This document shows positions 18,794 to 27,496 of a DNA stretch of 58,634 bases, piece after piece. The translations under genes were made by a program, and so were the position numbers. The notes below the pieces were generated by a model. That model ran no database searches and was not told the DNA's origin. It saw only the letters and a program-made list of their open reading frames with translations. The stretch is from a virus. Within the stretch, counting starts at the first letter, position 1; every line of letters begins with the position of its first letter. The stretch lies in the IMG/VR virus record IMGVR_UViG_3300011244_000001; one strand, given 5' to 3'.

Positions 18794-20873
18794 ATCTTTT
18801 TCCCTCGATAACTAAAGCATTTTTCATCAAGCCTATCCCGTTCTGACCCAGCGATGGGTCTACATGTGGAAGAGCCTGTCCGACAAGCTCGATAATCTGC
18901 TGGGTTTCACGAGAGGGACCTGTCCTCCCGTTGTTGCGCCAGCTATCAAACTCGTCCCAGCCGGTGACGTTCGCGCCAATATGCCCTACATGGCAACTAA
19001 CATCTACCGCTGTCGTGAATCCGAGGGAACCTGCCCTACGGCAAAAATTAACGTCCTCGCCCTCCCCGTTCTGGCCCCACGTTACATAGTGGGTAAATTG
19101 CGGACCGTCTGCGTTGGTTAGCGCCTCGATTACCTCGCGCCTGATTAGCGTAAAGGCTAGTCCTGTGGCGTCCACCTGCATGACTGTTCCATTGGCGACT
19201 TCATCTACAAGCATACTGTAGTAAGTGCCATTTGTCGAATCGGGATGAGATGGTTGTTCTCCCTTTCTCAGCACGATAGCACGCGGAGGTTGGACGCGCT
19301 GGGTGGCAAAGGCGCTCACTATGTCATAGCGCCAGTTGGCCTTGTTGTCGCGCATCTTGTGCAAGGTGTCTGGATTGAATACCATGTCATCGTCAATAAG
19401 CAATAGCGAATCGCAGTGTGTTTGCAGAAAGCTCCTGATTAGATTGGTTGCGGCAAAATGAGTCGGCGCATGGATGGAAGGGTAGAGCCATTCATCGCCA
19501 GGGCGCATACCCTGATGGGCCAGGGCGGTAATCGCGGCGAAGCTCTGCGCCTCCGGGTGTTTGTTGATCCTGACACCTACGGCGATCTTCCCCCAACTCT
19601 CCGGTAGCTCCCACTCGTGCAGGCTGCCGTCATAATCAAAGTGAAAGAGATTCTGGTTGATCCGTTGCTCTGCTCCTGCTGTGCTTTCCTTCCAGCCCAC
19701 ATAATCGGCAATCTCGGCCAGAAGAACGGCAGGGAAGAAAATGAGGTCATCGTAGCTGACGGGCAACACCTGTATCCCCTGGTCGGCGCACCATTCGATA
19801 CACGCCGAGAAATCGCTTAGCTCCTGGCGTATGCGCCGTTCGGAGAACTCGTGGTTGTGGCCGGTAGACATACCGTAGGAGGCGACGAGCGCCAGTTCAT
19901 CACGGTAGACAGCAATGACGAGCGGGTTATTCTGCTGCGATAGGAATAGCTTCACGGCGTCCACGCTGGGCCAGATGCGCGTCCCCCACGCTTTCTCCCC
20001 TGCCGCTCCGTCTCGCCTGTAACCATACAGTGCCGATCCAACCTCACCAGCCGATAGCATGTCGGCCAGATCGTCATCGCGGTAGTAGGCGCTTGACGAT
20101 GGTGAATGTGCTGGGGCTTGGTCTACCATATCAACGCCCATTGCGCCTAGCGCGTGTGACACAACCGATGCACCGGAGCGAGAGGGACCGAGGACAATGA
20201 CGGGATTTCGCCTCAACTCCCCGGCCCGCTTGCGCCAATAAAGCAACTCCCCCGCCAAATGGTTGTCAGAAAAGGCTCCCTTGTCCCCAAAGGTGGACGA
20301 TACTCGCTCGTGTCGTATCACGCAGCCGTCAAACACGCCTATCTGTAGTCCGGCATCGCGTGCCAGATCGCACCACATGACGTCCTCGTGGCCGTAAAAC
20401 ACAAAGTCCTCGTCTAGCATCCCCACTTTTTCAATAGCGTGCTGCGGTAACAGGACGGCAGCGAAAGACACAGTTCCGTTAACCAGTCGTAATACCCCGG
20501 TTGTCTGCACCTGCTGTAGCAGCGAGCCGCCAATACCCTTTAGTCCCGCGCTTACCACGCCTAGCTCTTTGTACTGCGCCAGTTGTGCTATGAGGGAAAG
20601 GCCGTTCTTGGTAGCCAGAGTGCAGTCGTCGTTGAGGAGAAAATAGTCGTCGGGGCCACCAAACCTGATTGCCGTGTTGATTGCCTGGGCATACACAAAT
20701 GGGTCGGGGCGTTGCATGACCGCGACATCGTAGAGAACAGACAGTGGATACATTGTATCTACGTCGCCAGTCACAATACAGATATTTTTAAGCTGCTCGT
20801 TATCTAACCGAGCGATGCTATTGATGCACTCCAATGCCAACGCCGGGTTGTCACTAGGGATCACGATCTTCAT
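18786..20873 (-). CDS. Three-domain glycosyltransferase(GT2)-sulfotransferase-glycosyltransferase(GT2) protein (695 aa)
   Basis: N-terminal GT2: MKIVIPS..., LLNDDC, HEDV. Central sulfotransferase: GPSRSGAS (5'-PSB loop) and VYRDELALVAS (3'-PB like). C-terminal GT2: LLIDDDMVF and GEGEDVNFC. ATG 20873 follows GAAGGA and the upstream stop at 20878. Confidence 0.7.
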   Translation of the reverse strand: MKIVIPSDNPALALECINSIARLDNEQLKNICIVTGDVDTMYPLSVLYDVAVMQRPDPFVYAQAINTAIRFGGPDDYFLLNDDCTLATKNGLSLIAQLAQYKELGVVSAGLKGIGGSLLQQVQTTGVLRLVNGTVSFAAVLLPQHAIEKVGMLDEDFVFYGHEDVMWCDLARDAGLQIGVFDGCVIRHERVSSTFGDKGAFSDNHLAGELLYWRKRAGELRRNPVIVLGPSRSGASVVSHALGAMGVDMVDQAPAHSPSSSAYYRDDDLADMLSAGEVGSALYGYRRDGAAGEKAWGTRIWPSVDAVKLFLSQQNNPLVIAVYRDELALVASYGMSTGHNHEFSERRIRQELSDFSACIEWCADQGIQVLPVSYDDLIFFPAVLLAEIADYVGWKESTAGAEQRINQNLFHFDYDGSLHEWELPESWGKIAVGVRINKHPEAQSFAAITALAHQGMRPGDEWLYPSIHAPTHFAATNLIRSFLQTHCDSLLLIDDDMVFNPDTLHKMRDNKANWRYDIVSAFATQRVQPPRAIVLRKGEQPSHPDSTNGTYYSMLVDEVANGTVMQVDATGLAFTLIRREVIEALTNADGPQFTHYVTWGQNGEGEDVNFCRRAGSLGFTTAVDVSCHVGHIGANVTGWDEFDSWRNNGRTGPSRETQQIIELVGQALPHVDPSLGQNGIGLMKNALVIEGKRYV

Positions 20874-20877
20874 GTTG

Positions 20878-21267
20878 TTATATTCCTTCTGAATAAATGG
20901 ATATTCCGGTAATGCTCCGGTACATTTGTAGGTCGTGTTCGTAGTAGTAGGTGGCGACGTCATTGGCTGCCCTGCTCACGCTGGGCGGGCCGACGAGCGT
21001 CAGGCCGAGAAAGTGGTCAATGACTGCCTTTTGGATTTCCAGTACGGTTGATAGGTCGCGGGCGATGCCGTCTACCTGAAAGCGAGTTTGGTACTCAGCA
21101 ATGCGGCCAGACAAGATGATGTTGGGCGCGGAGTTAAGCAGCCAGTAGGTAGCTGCTGGTACCTCGCTGTCTGGGCGGAGGATTAGCGGGTTCAGGCGTG
21201 TTCCGATCCAGGGCGTTAGGACAGGCACCAGCTCGTCGTGAAAGAGCTTCATTATCCCTGTGGTCAT
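20878..21267 (-). CDS. Tail terminator / tail completion protein (DUF3168-like)
   Basis: 129 aa. Sits between the gp10-like gene and the tail genes, with an ATGA-type overlap with its upstream neighbour. Confidence 0.45.
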   Translation of the reverse strand: MTTGIMKLFHDELVPVLTPWIGTRLNPLILRPDSEVPAATYWLLNSAPNIILSGRIAEYQTRFQVDGIARDLSTVLEIQKAVIDHFLGLTLVGPPSVSRAANDVATYYYEHDLQMYRSITGISIYSEGI

Positions 21268-21788
21268 TACGCCCTCCCTAAGTTGACGAACTTCTTGTAC
21301 TCGTCAATGGCGATTTGCCGCAGGTCTTTCTTCTTGGCTGCCAACGAAGGCATGATGAACGGGCGGGGGGCTACGCGATTACCAAAGGCGCTCGTCCAGC
21401 CGCCGAACTCCAATAGCCGAGCAACGCCTGGCCTGCCATCGGGATCACCAACATCCAGGTTAGCGCGGCCCTTCGAGCTTTCGTTTACCGTAATCGCTCC
21501 CTTTAGTCCCCCAGACTGGTCTGCTGGGGCCTCCCCCGGTGCAGACGAGGGCTTGTTGTAGTAGTTAGACCACCAGCCGCCCGACCAGGGTGCGCCCTCG
21601 CTCCATACCGTTCCTGATTTTGGAGCCTCTAGGCGTTTGATAATCTCTTCCTTGACAGCCTCGGCCATCGCTTTCGATATGGGCGTCATGGCCCGGTCGG
21701 AGTCGGCGTCAATTTTCCGCACGCGGGCAGCGATGCGCTGGCGGCCTTTCTCGAATTGACTAAGGTTCACATTCATTCGGAGCGACAT
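21267..21788 (-). CDS. HK97 gp10-like head-tail joining protein
   Basis: 173 aa. Assigned by position and by the N-terminal lysine/arginine-rich helix pattern. Confidence 0.45.
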   Translation of the reverse strand: MSLRMNVNLSQFEKGRQRIAARVRKIDADSDRAMTPISKAMAEAVKEEIIKRLEAPKSGTVWSEGAPWSGGWWSNYYNKPSSAPGEAPADQSGGLKGAITVNESSKGRANLDVGDPDGRPGVARLLEFGGWTSAFGNRVAPRPFIMPSLAAKKKDLRQIAIDEYKKFVNLGRA

Positions 21789-21790
21789 GG

Positions 21791-22192
21791 TTATAGCTCT
21801 ACTTGCCGGAGATTAACGATGAGGCCCGCAATCGTCATCTCGACCACGCCCTGTACCTCGTACATCTCTGGCGGATCAATAGTGTGGCGCATCTTCTTGA
21901 TAAGCGCAATACGATCCTCTTTCTCGATTACCCCGCGTGCGGAGTAGGGGAACCGAGCGCGAACGAAAATCTCGCTTACTTGCTCTCCTACCTGATCCGC
22001 TCTCTCCCTACCTCTAAACTTAAAAGGCGAGAACGCGAATCCAGCGGCATAGGTTTTGGTCGTTGTGTAGGTCTTGATGGGTTCGCCAAAGCTTCCCGTT
22101 ACGTCGCTGCGTTTAATTAGCAGTGCCACGTCGGTCAGCGAGCGATTGAACTCATGCTCGATCTGCGCCTGTTCGCGGTCGGAGATGTACAA
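21791..22192 (-). CDS. Head closure / head-tail adaptor protein
   Basis: 133 aa, lying between the connector and the gp10-like gene. Confidence 0.45.
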   Translation of the reverse strand: MYISDREQAQIEHEFNRSLTDVALLIKRSDVTGSFGEPIKTYTTTKTYAAGFAFSPFKFRGRERADQVGEQVSEIFVRARFPYSARGVIEKEDRIALIKKMRHTIDPPEMYEVQGVVEMTIAGLIVNLRQVEL

Positions 22193-22594
22193 CTAGACCT
22201 CCTCGCCGTCTATAGGCAGGTCGTCGCTGTAGGCGTCTACGCGGGTCCAGGAGTAGGTGCGGATACCTCGCCCTGCTACCGTTCCGGTCGGTTGGCCCCA
22301 TATGGAGCGCCAACGTTTGGCGTCATCGGCAAATCCCTTACTAATATGGGATCGGGATAACCCAAATTGGTCAGATTCGATATTGGGAAAAGGTCGCCAT
22401 AGAGTGGATAGCCGTTCAAGGGCCGCAGCAACTGCTCGTTGCCAGTTGCCCTCGAAGGCGAGAACGGACTGTAGCTCTTCATCCTCGAAGTTTTCACCCA
22501 AAGGTTGAGGCCCGCTATCCTTCACGGTATCCCCGATCTGATAGCGGACCTTGTGAATGTCTTCTACTAAATTAGCCAGGTAGGAGAACGACAT
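22193..22594 (-). CDS. Head-tail connector (gp6-like)
   Basis: 133 aa. Assigned by position downstream of the capsid genes. Confidence 0.45.
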   Translation of the reverse strand: MSFSYLANLVEDIHKVRYQIGDTVKDSGPQPLGENFEDEELQSVLAFEGNWQRAVAAALERLSTLWRPFPNIESDQFGLSRSHISKGFADDAKRWRSIWGQPTGTVAGRGIRTYSWTRVDAYSDDLPIDGEEV

Positions 22595-22602
22595 CAGCCC
22601 TC

Positions 22603-22923
22603 CTAGTCGCGTTCTATATAGACCGTTAGTGTACCGCTCTTGACGTTGCCGCCCTGAGCAACCAGTACCCGCAGTCGGCCTCGAAAGAGGCTCTGCACGG
22701 TCGGGTAGTACATCGCGGAAGCGGCCAAGTCGGTAATCGCATGAACCTGCTCCCAGTTCTGACCGGGACCAGCAACGAAGAGCGTCACGTCAGCGGTCGC
22801 GTCAAGGGTGCCTTTGTCGGCGTATAGCCCAACAATGCGCCCAGGAGGAACGTAGGACGCCTGATTCGTGTCGGCAGCCCCGCCTGCATCGGTCGTGAAA
22901 GCAATTGTTACCTCAGAGATCAT
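22603..22923 (-). CDS. Hypothetical structural protein (106 aa)
   Basis: ATG 22923 is preceded directly by an iterated-motif copy (CGGCAGGGAAGAAAGGG ATG) that supplies the RBS. Confidence 0.55.
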   Translation of the reverse strand: MISEVTIAFTTDAGGAADTNQASYVPPGRIVGLYADKGTLDATADVTLFVAGPGQNWEQVHAITDLAASAMYYPTVQSLFRGRLRVLVAQGGNVKSGTLTVYIERD

Positions 22924-22940
22924 CCCTTTCTTCCCTGCCG

Positions 22941-23444
22941 TTATTCCACGACTGGCTTTTTGCTGCGGCGTATCACGTTGCGAATGGTATGCGGGTTAGC
23001 GGTAACGTGCGTTGGAAGCTGCACGATTCCCTCCTCTACCCAAGCGTTCCATACGGCATCACCGACGTCGCCCCGCGAGACAAAGCCGCCCTTCATGCGT
23101 CGGAAGCCCCCAGAAAGAATCTTCACGTCGCGGGTCAATACGCCTTGCTGTTCGTTTGCCAACGAACTCTCAGGCGCAGATGGTCTACCGTTGCCCATTA
23201 GTCGAACCTCCGGGCGCACGGCATCGGGGCTAGGATCGTTATCTAGGGCATCACCTACAACGCCGCGACCGTTGATTGCTTCCGGTTCGTTGCTGGTAGC
23301 CTGGTTCTCGGCCTCGGCCTCGTGCTCCTTCTGTTCAACGTCCCTGATAATTGAGTCTACTGCGTGCTGGTCAGGGACCAGCGGGGAATTTACTGGCGGA
23401 ACGCTGGGCGAAGCTACTGAATGAGTTTGTCGATTGTCGTTCAT
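22941..23444 (-). CDS. Hypothetical protein (167 aa)
   Basis: ORF downstream of the major capsid gene with a low-complexity acidic N-terminal half. Confidence 0.5.
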   Translation of the reverse strand: MNDNRQTHSVASPSVPPVNSPLVPDQHAVDSIIRDVEQKEHEAEAENQATSNEPEAINGRGVVGDALDNDPSPDAVRPEVRLMGNGRPSAPESSLANEQQGVLTRDVKILSGGFRRMKGGFVSRGDVGDAVWNAWVEEGIVQLPTHVTANPHTIRNVIRRSKKPVVE

Positions 23445-23465
23445 ATTTATTCCTCGCTGTCCTTA

Positions 23466-24377
23466 TTACGCTACCTGGTGGCCGAAAATCCAGCGCCAGT
23501 CGCTCCATCCGTAGGTGTAGCGCATGTAGCCGCGATAGCGAGCCATCAGGTGATAGTCACCGGTCGGATCAACGGCGAACTCCAAAGGCACGCGGTCGAA
23601 CCAATTCAGGTAGATGCCAGCCAACGACGGATCAATCATGAACCAGTCATTCGTATCTTCCAGGTAATCCCAAACGACAACCTGAAAGCCCTTGCTACGG
23701 ACATAGTTCGGGAACCCGCCAGAAGGTGATTCGGCCTTGTTCATCGCCTGTGTCGCGTAGTAAGCCGTTTCCTCTAGCCCAGGCGGAACCAACAGAACGG
23801 TCGGGTTAATCGGGACCAGGTTGTTGGTATCGTCTACGAATTTTCGCATCAACGCACGAGTGGCAATGATGGAGTCGTAGGTCAGGGCGCTCGTTCCCTT
23901 GTTGCTGTGAGAAGGCGTTGCCGCGCCGGGTTTAAGCGGATGGTCCGTTGCGACCAGCGCCTTGCCGTCCCCGCCTAGATTGGCCGAGGAGAAGGCATTG
24001 GTAAACACGGCTGCACCGTGCTTTTCGCGGGTACGCTGGGCAGTCAGGGCCAACATGCGAACGCGGGAGTTGATGATGTTGTACTGGTCGTCGTCTACCA
24101 GCTTGCGCTCGATAGCGATGCCTTTCGTGTACTCAACATGCACATAGTCGGTCGGGAAGCCCGGAGCGGTCGAGTCATACTCAATGCGCCCGTCGTACTC
24201 GGTCCAGTCACCCATCCCGCCAATGCTCCGATCATGCTCGGCAGCTTTGCTCGAACTCTGCATGTTAAACAGTTTCGGCAAAACTGACTCCGCAATCAGC
24301 GGGGCGCGGGTTTGTTCGAAAATCACTCGAAGGCCCGGTTCCAACAGGAAGGGCCATTGCTCGGAAATTAAAGCCAT
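23466..24377 (-). CDS. Major capsid protein (Mu gpT-like, HK97 fold)
   Basis: 303 aa. FNMQSSSKAAEHDRSIGGMGDWTEYDGRIEYDS...IERKLVDDDQY matches the gpT-type pattern S..E.y..g..p.mreW.GeR...diEDD. Preceded by scaffold and decoration genes. Confidence 0.7.
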   Translation of the reverse strand: MALISEQWPFLLEPGLRVIFEQTRAPLIAESVLPKLFNMQSSSKAAEHDRSIGGMGDWTEYDGRIEYDSTAPGFPTDYVHVEYTKGIAIERKLVDDDQYNIINSRVRMLALTAQRTREKHGAAVFTNAFSSANLGGDGKALVATDHPLKPGAATPSHSNKGTSALTYDSIIATRALMRKFVDDTNNLVPINPTVLLVPPGLEETAYYATQAMNKAESPSGGFPNYVRSKGFQVVVWDYLEDTNDWFMIDPSLAGIYLNWFDRVPLEFAVDPTGDYHLMARYRGYMRYTYGWSDWRWIFGHQVA

Positions 24378-24394
24378 TAGATTACCCTCCTATT

Positions 24395-24823
24395 TTAGCC
24401 GAACGTGGTATTAGTGAAGGTGACATAGACAAGTACATTGCCCTGGTCATCTTCTTCGATATTGTAGACTGCCAGCGAGCCGCCAGTAGCGACATCCGCA
24501 TCAATCGTATTGGCGTCCACAACATTCTGAGTACGTGCGCCCAGCACGGCGGTTAGCACCGTGCCATCGGCAGAACAGCGCCATACCTGGTCGGGCGTGA
24601 CGATAGCTACTTTGAGTAGCCCGCCATCCGTTCCAGAGGCGCGTTGCTCCTGACAAATAGCACTGACGGTAGCGACGTTCGCCGCGATTTTCGCCAGCTT
24701 GCCGGAAGCGAATACAAGTGCATCCCCGATGTCGTAGCCCCCCGTACCATTTACGGGTCGGTCCGTATAGGTCGGGCGCTGGCCGATGAGATCGTAGGCA
24801 AATTCAAATCCTCTTGTTGCCAT
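24395..24823 (-). CDS. Head decoration-like protein
   Basis: 142-aa beta-rich ORF between the scaffold and the major capsid gene. Confidence 0.4.
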   Translation of the reverse strand: MATRGFEFAYDLIGQRPTYTDRPVNGTGGYDIGDALVFASGKLAKIAANVATVSAICQEQRASGTDGGLLKVAIVTPDQVWRCSADGTVLTAVLGARTQNVVDANTIDADVATGGSLAVYNIEEDDQGNVLVYVTFTNTTFG

Positions 24824-24829
24824 AACTAG

Positions 24830-25372
24830 CTATCCTCTAGCTTGCTTGCTTTTGGCGTAATCCTCCGCTGACACCTTGAGCTTAGCTGCAACAGCCAATT
24901 CTTGCTCGGTTAGTGGCGGCAGGCCAGAGCGATTAGCTGCTCCGGCAGTTCCCTCAATAGGGGGAACGGTACGCCTGGTTACTAAAATGGGAGCGGCCTT
25001 GTCTAGCCACTGCCGTTTGTCCAACGGCGCAAGCCCTTGCGGGACGATAGCCTGTATCTCCTCCGGTAGCCCCCTGATGACACTTTGGTTACTTTCCTCG
25101 ATCCCGTCGAGGATTCCCTTTAGTTCGGTTTCTTTAGCGGTTAGCTGTTGAGTGACTGGCAGCAATTCGGCCAACCTTAACTCGGCCTCTGATAATTTAC
25201 TTTTGAAGTCGCCTACCTGCACGGTGAGGTCTTTGTTTTCTACGCGCCGCCTCGCACTCTCTTTCCGCAGCTTCTCGATAACCTTTGAGGTTTTGTCGTC
25301 TGCTGCGCCTGCTAACTGCTCCGCTTCCTGATCTAATACCTCGAACTCTACGTCCTCTTCGTTGGCCGACAT
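24830..25372 (-). CDS. Scaffolding protein
   Basis: 180 aa, acidic N-terminus, long coiled coil (KSKLSEAELRLAELLPVTQQLTAKETELK). Lies upstream of the capsid gene. Confidence 0.6.
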   Translation of the reverse strand: MSANEEDVEFEVLDQEAEQLAGAADDKTSKVIEKLRKESARRRVENKDLTVQVGDFKSKLSEAELRLAELLPVTQQLTAKETELKGILDGIEESNQSVIRGLPEEIQAIVPQGLAPLDKRQWLDKAAPILVTRRTVPPIEGTAGAANRSGLPPLTEQELAVAAKLKVSAEDYAKSKQARG

Positions 25373-25528
25373 CTAGCCTTCCTCTGGTACTAACTTGATG
25401 GACCCCTTCCCTGCCCCGCAAAAGTCGCAACCCTTGACCTCGCCAAGCGCCTTTGTGCCTTTAATGGCCCACTGCGATTTACATAGCTGACAACGTGCGA
25501 CCCAATAACGGGTTTTCTTAACTGACAC
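25373..25528 (-). CDS. Small Zn-ribbon protein (51 aa), below the ORF-track length cut-off
   Basis: GTG 25528 is preceded by GGGGAGGA. Translation VSVKKTRYWVARCQLCKSQWAIKGTKALGEVKGCDFCGAGKGSIKLVPEEG. TAG abuts the scaffold ATG. Confidence 0.5.
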   Translation of the reverse strand: MSVKKTRYWVARCQLCKSQWAIKGTKALGEVKGCDFCGAGKGSIKLVPEEG

Positions 25529-25540
25529 GAAAGAGTCCTC

Positions 25541-25577
25541 CCCAAAACAAAAAGAGCATACTTATTAGGTATGCTCT
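25541..25577 (-). terminator. Rho-independent terminator
   Basis: 9-bp perfect stem agagcatac / gtatgctct (25553-25561 / 25569-25577), followed on the minus strand by TTTTTGTTTT. Lies downstream of gene 25633..25872. Confidence 0.6.
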
Positions 25578-25632
25578 CTCATTCTACGTTAATGTATGTT
25601 ATGTTGTCAAATACCAGCTAAAGCTAGTCAAA

Positions 25633-25872
25633 TTAGAAGGGTAGCGACGTAAACCTACCTCCTTGTAGCCAGCCGAGGAACCGACCATCGCCATCATAGA
25701 CCGTTGTGTACGACTTTGTAAACAGAACTTTAGCGTTTGGGGGCAACACGCCGTCACGGTGGAGATAGTCGAACATTTCGGGGTCATCGTCCTCCTCCGT
25801 GTCGAGAAAGTTAATTCCCTTCTCGATAAGCGCCTGCTCTCGCGCCAGTTCAAGGTCACTCTTTCTAGCCAT
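25633..25872 (-). CDS. Hypothetical protein (79 aa), paralogue of the upstream gene
   Basis: Shares the ...VYDGDGRFLGWLQGGRFTSLPF motif with 25865..26242. Confidence 0.55.
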   Translation of the reverse strand: MARKSDLELAREQALIEKGINFLDTEEDDDPEMFDYLHRDGVLPPNAKVLFTKSYTTVYDGDGRFLGWLQGGRFTSLPF

Positions 25873-26242
25873 TTGTCACCTCGTCAGTATACATATCCGT
25901 TCCGGTCAGTTCGTCCCACTTGTCGGCTGGTTCCGTTCCTAACTCCCAGCGGCCATCCTCGTCAGGTTCGGACGGCAGGGGAAGAAATTCTCCGTTCTTT
26001 ATCCAACCAATGAACTCACCTCTGTCATATACCCTCTCATAGTATCGAGCAATAACGATTATCCGGCCCTGCTCGGTGTCTCCGGGCACGATATTCATTG
26101 GCTCGTACTCTGTGGAATACATGACAGACTCCGGTGGCATAAGAGAGGCGAGATAGCGCTCCTGGTCCAGGTCGGTTAGCTCTGGGCGCGGGGGGTAGAG
26201 GCGAGGCTGTTGCTTCTTGGGCTTTTTGGTTCTACTTGCCAT
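25865..26242 (-). CDS. Hypothetical protein (125 aa), paralogue of 25633..25872
   Basis: ...VYDRGEFIGWIKNGEFLPLPSEP resembles the C-terminus of the downstream gene. Confidence 0.55.
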   Translation of the reverse strand: MASRTKKPKKQQPRLYPPRPELTDLDQERYLASLMPPESVMYSTEYEPMNIVPGDTEQGRIIVIARYYERVYDRGEFIGWIKNGEFLPLPSEPDEDGRWELGTEPADKWDELTGTDMYTDEVTNG

Positions 26243-26921
26243 TTTCGGCCTCCTTCATTTCTAGTTGCTTGTCTAATACTGACTCCACATCAGATGCAAG
26301 CTTGGCCAGCTTTCCCTGCCGTTCGACTTCTTCTAGGCTCCTTCCCTTTAAAGCAACGCCGGTGGCCCAACGTGCCACGCTATCGGGTGTACCATCCAGA
26401 ATAGCATCAATCGCTCTCGCTCGAATATAGTCACGGACACGATCCTTGAATTGATCGATCTTCCACGCTGGCTCACCGCTGTCTCTACCTACCGAAGCGA
26501 AGTCATCAGGGTCGTCGCCTGTCTCAATCGTGAATAGCTCTCTCAAGGCGTACTTGAACGCGCCGGTCTGTGCCTTGTTGAGCGACTTGTCGCCCATATC
26601 GCTTCCCTCCCCTGGCGTGCCGACCATGATCCATTCGCCGCTCGTGTGTAGTAACATGAACGTTGACGAAACGCGAGAGAGGTTCATCGTCTTGCCGTCC
26701 TTCACGCTGTAGGTTTCGAGGGGAAGGACATTGGAATGGACAGGGATAAGCGATAGCCCGTTGGCAACCATGTGTGGGCGAATCGCCTCGATCAAAGCCT
26801 TCTCTCCGGCATAGGTATAGTTGAGGTTTTTGCCCGCCTGCTTCTGCACGTACCCAACCTGCCCCATCACGTCGTTGATAGCTACTGCGATCTCGTTTAG
26901 CGTATCAGAATGTTCAATCAT
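26232..26921 (-). CDS. erf: ERF-family single-strand annealing recombinase
   Basis: N-terminal pattern LNEIAVAINDVMGQVGYVQKQAGKNLNYTYAGEKALIEAIRPHMVANGLSLIP is typical of Erf. Adjacent to SSB. Confidence 0.65.
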   Translation of the reverse strand: MIEHSDTLNEIAVAINDVMGQVGYVQKQAGKNLNYTYAGEKALIEAIRPHMVANGLSLIPVHSNVLPLETYSVKDGKTMNLSRVSSTFMLLHTSGEWIMVGTPGEGSDMGDKSLNKAQTGAFKYALRELFTIETGDDPDDFASVGRDSGEPAWKIDQFKDRVRDYIRARAIDAILDGTPDSVARWATGVALKGRSLEEVERQGKLAKLASDVESVLDKQLEMKEAENGK

Positions 26922-26941
26922 TGCTTTTCTCCTATTCTATA

Positions 26942-27343
26942 TCAGAAGGGGATAGACTCGTCGCTCTCAGCCGGTACATATGTGGCGCTGGAATTGTCGA
27001 AGCGCGGGCCAGTGTCCTCATCTTTGTCGGGCCAGTCAATTAGCTTCAATTCATAGGCCGTCACCTCAAAGCTGGCGCGAGGTCCGTTGCCGTTATCCCA
27101 GACACGCGGTCCACCATCAGGCTCAGCCTGCAATGTGCCACGCACAATCACCCGCGCACCCTTGCGCCCGTACTGCTCAATGAAGTCGCCGGTCTTTTCC
27201 CAGGCGGTGACGCGGAACCAGAGGGTCGTCTTTTCGCCCTTTACGGTCTTGTCAACCGCTACCGAAAAAGTAACGGGTGCGCTTTCTACTCGGCGTGTCG
27301 GCTCTCCGCCCATTCGCCCTGCCAGTGTAATATCGTGATACAT
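26942..27343 (-). CDS. ssb: Single-stranded DNA-binding protein
   Basis: OB-fold pattern (ITLAGRMGGEP...TLWFRVTAWEK...GARVIVRGTLQ) and the acidic tail DESIPF. Confidence 0.85.
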   Translation of the reverse strand: MYHDITLAGRMGGEPTRRVESAPVTFSVAVDKTVKGEKTTLWFRVTAWEKTGDFIEQYGRKGARVIVRGTLQAEPDGGPRVWDNGNGPRASFEVTAYELKLIDWPDKDEDTGPRFDNSSATYVPAESDESIPF

Positions 27344-27460
27344 AGCTGTCTCCTAGAATATAATTGTTTCGCATGTAGCGAATAGCCTTATATTAGCAGA
27401 CAGCAGAGGGAAAGGAGGGGGTTCTTATGCGACTCTCAGGTAAGAACATCATAAGAATAG

Positions 27461-27489
27461 TTCCTTTTGGGGGCGGGACGATCTATAAT
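27461..27489 (+). promoter_or_regulatory. Candidate promoter of the plus block (perfect TATAAT -10, weak -35)
   Basis: TATAAT at 27484-27489, about 8 nt before ATG 27497, which implies a leaderless mRNA. The -35 position reads TTCCTT. Confidence 0.3.
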
Positions 27490-27496
27490 GCGAGCT

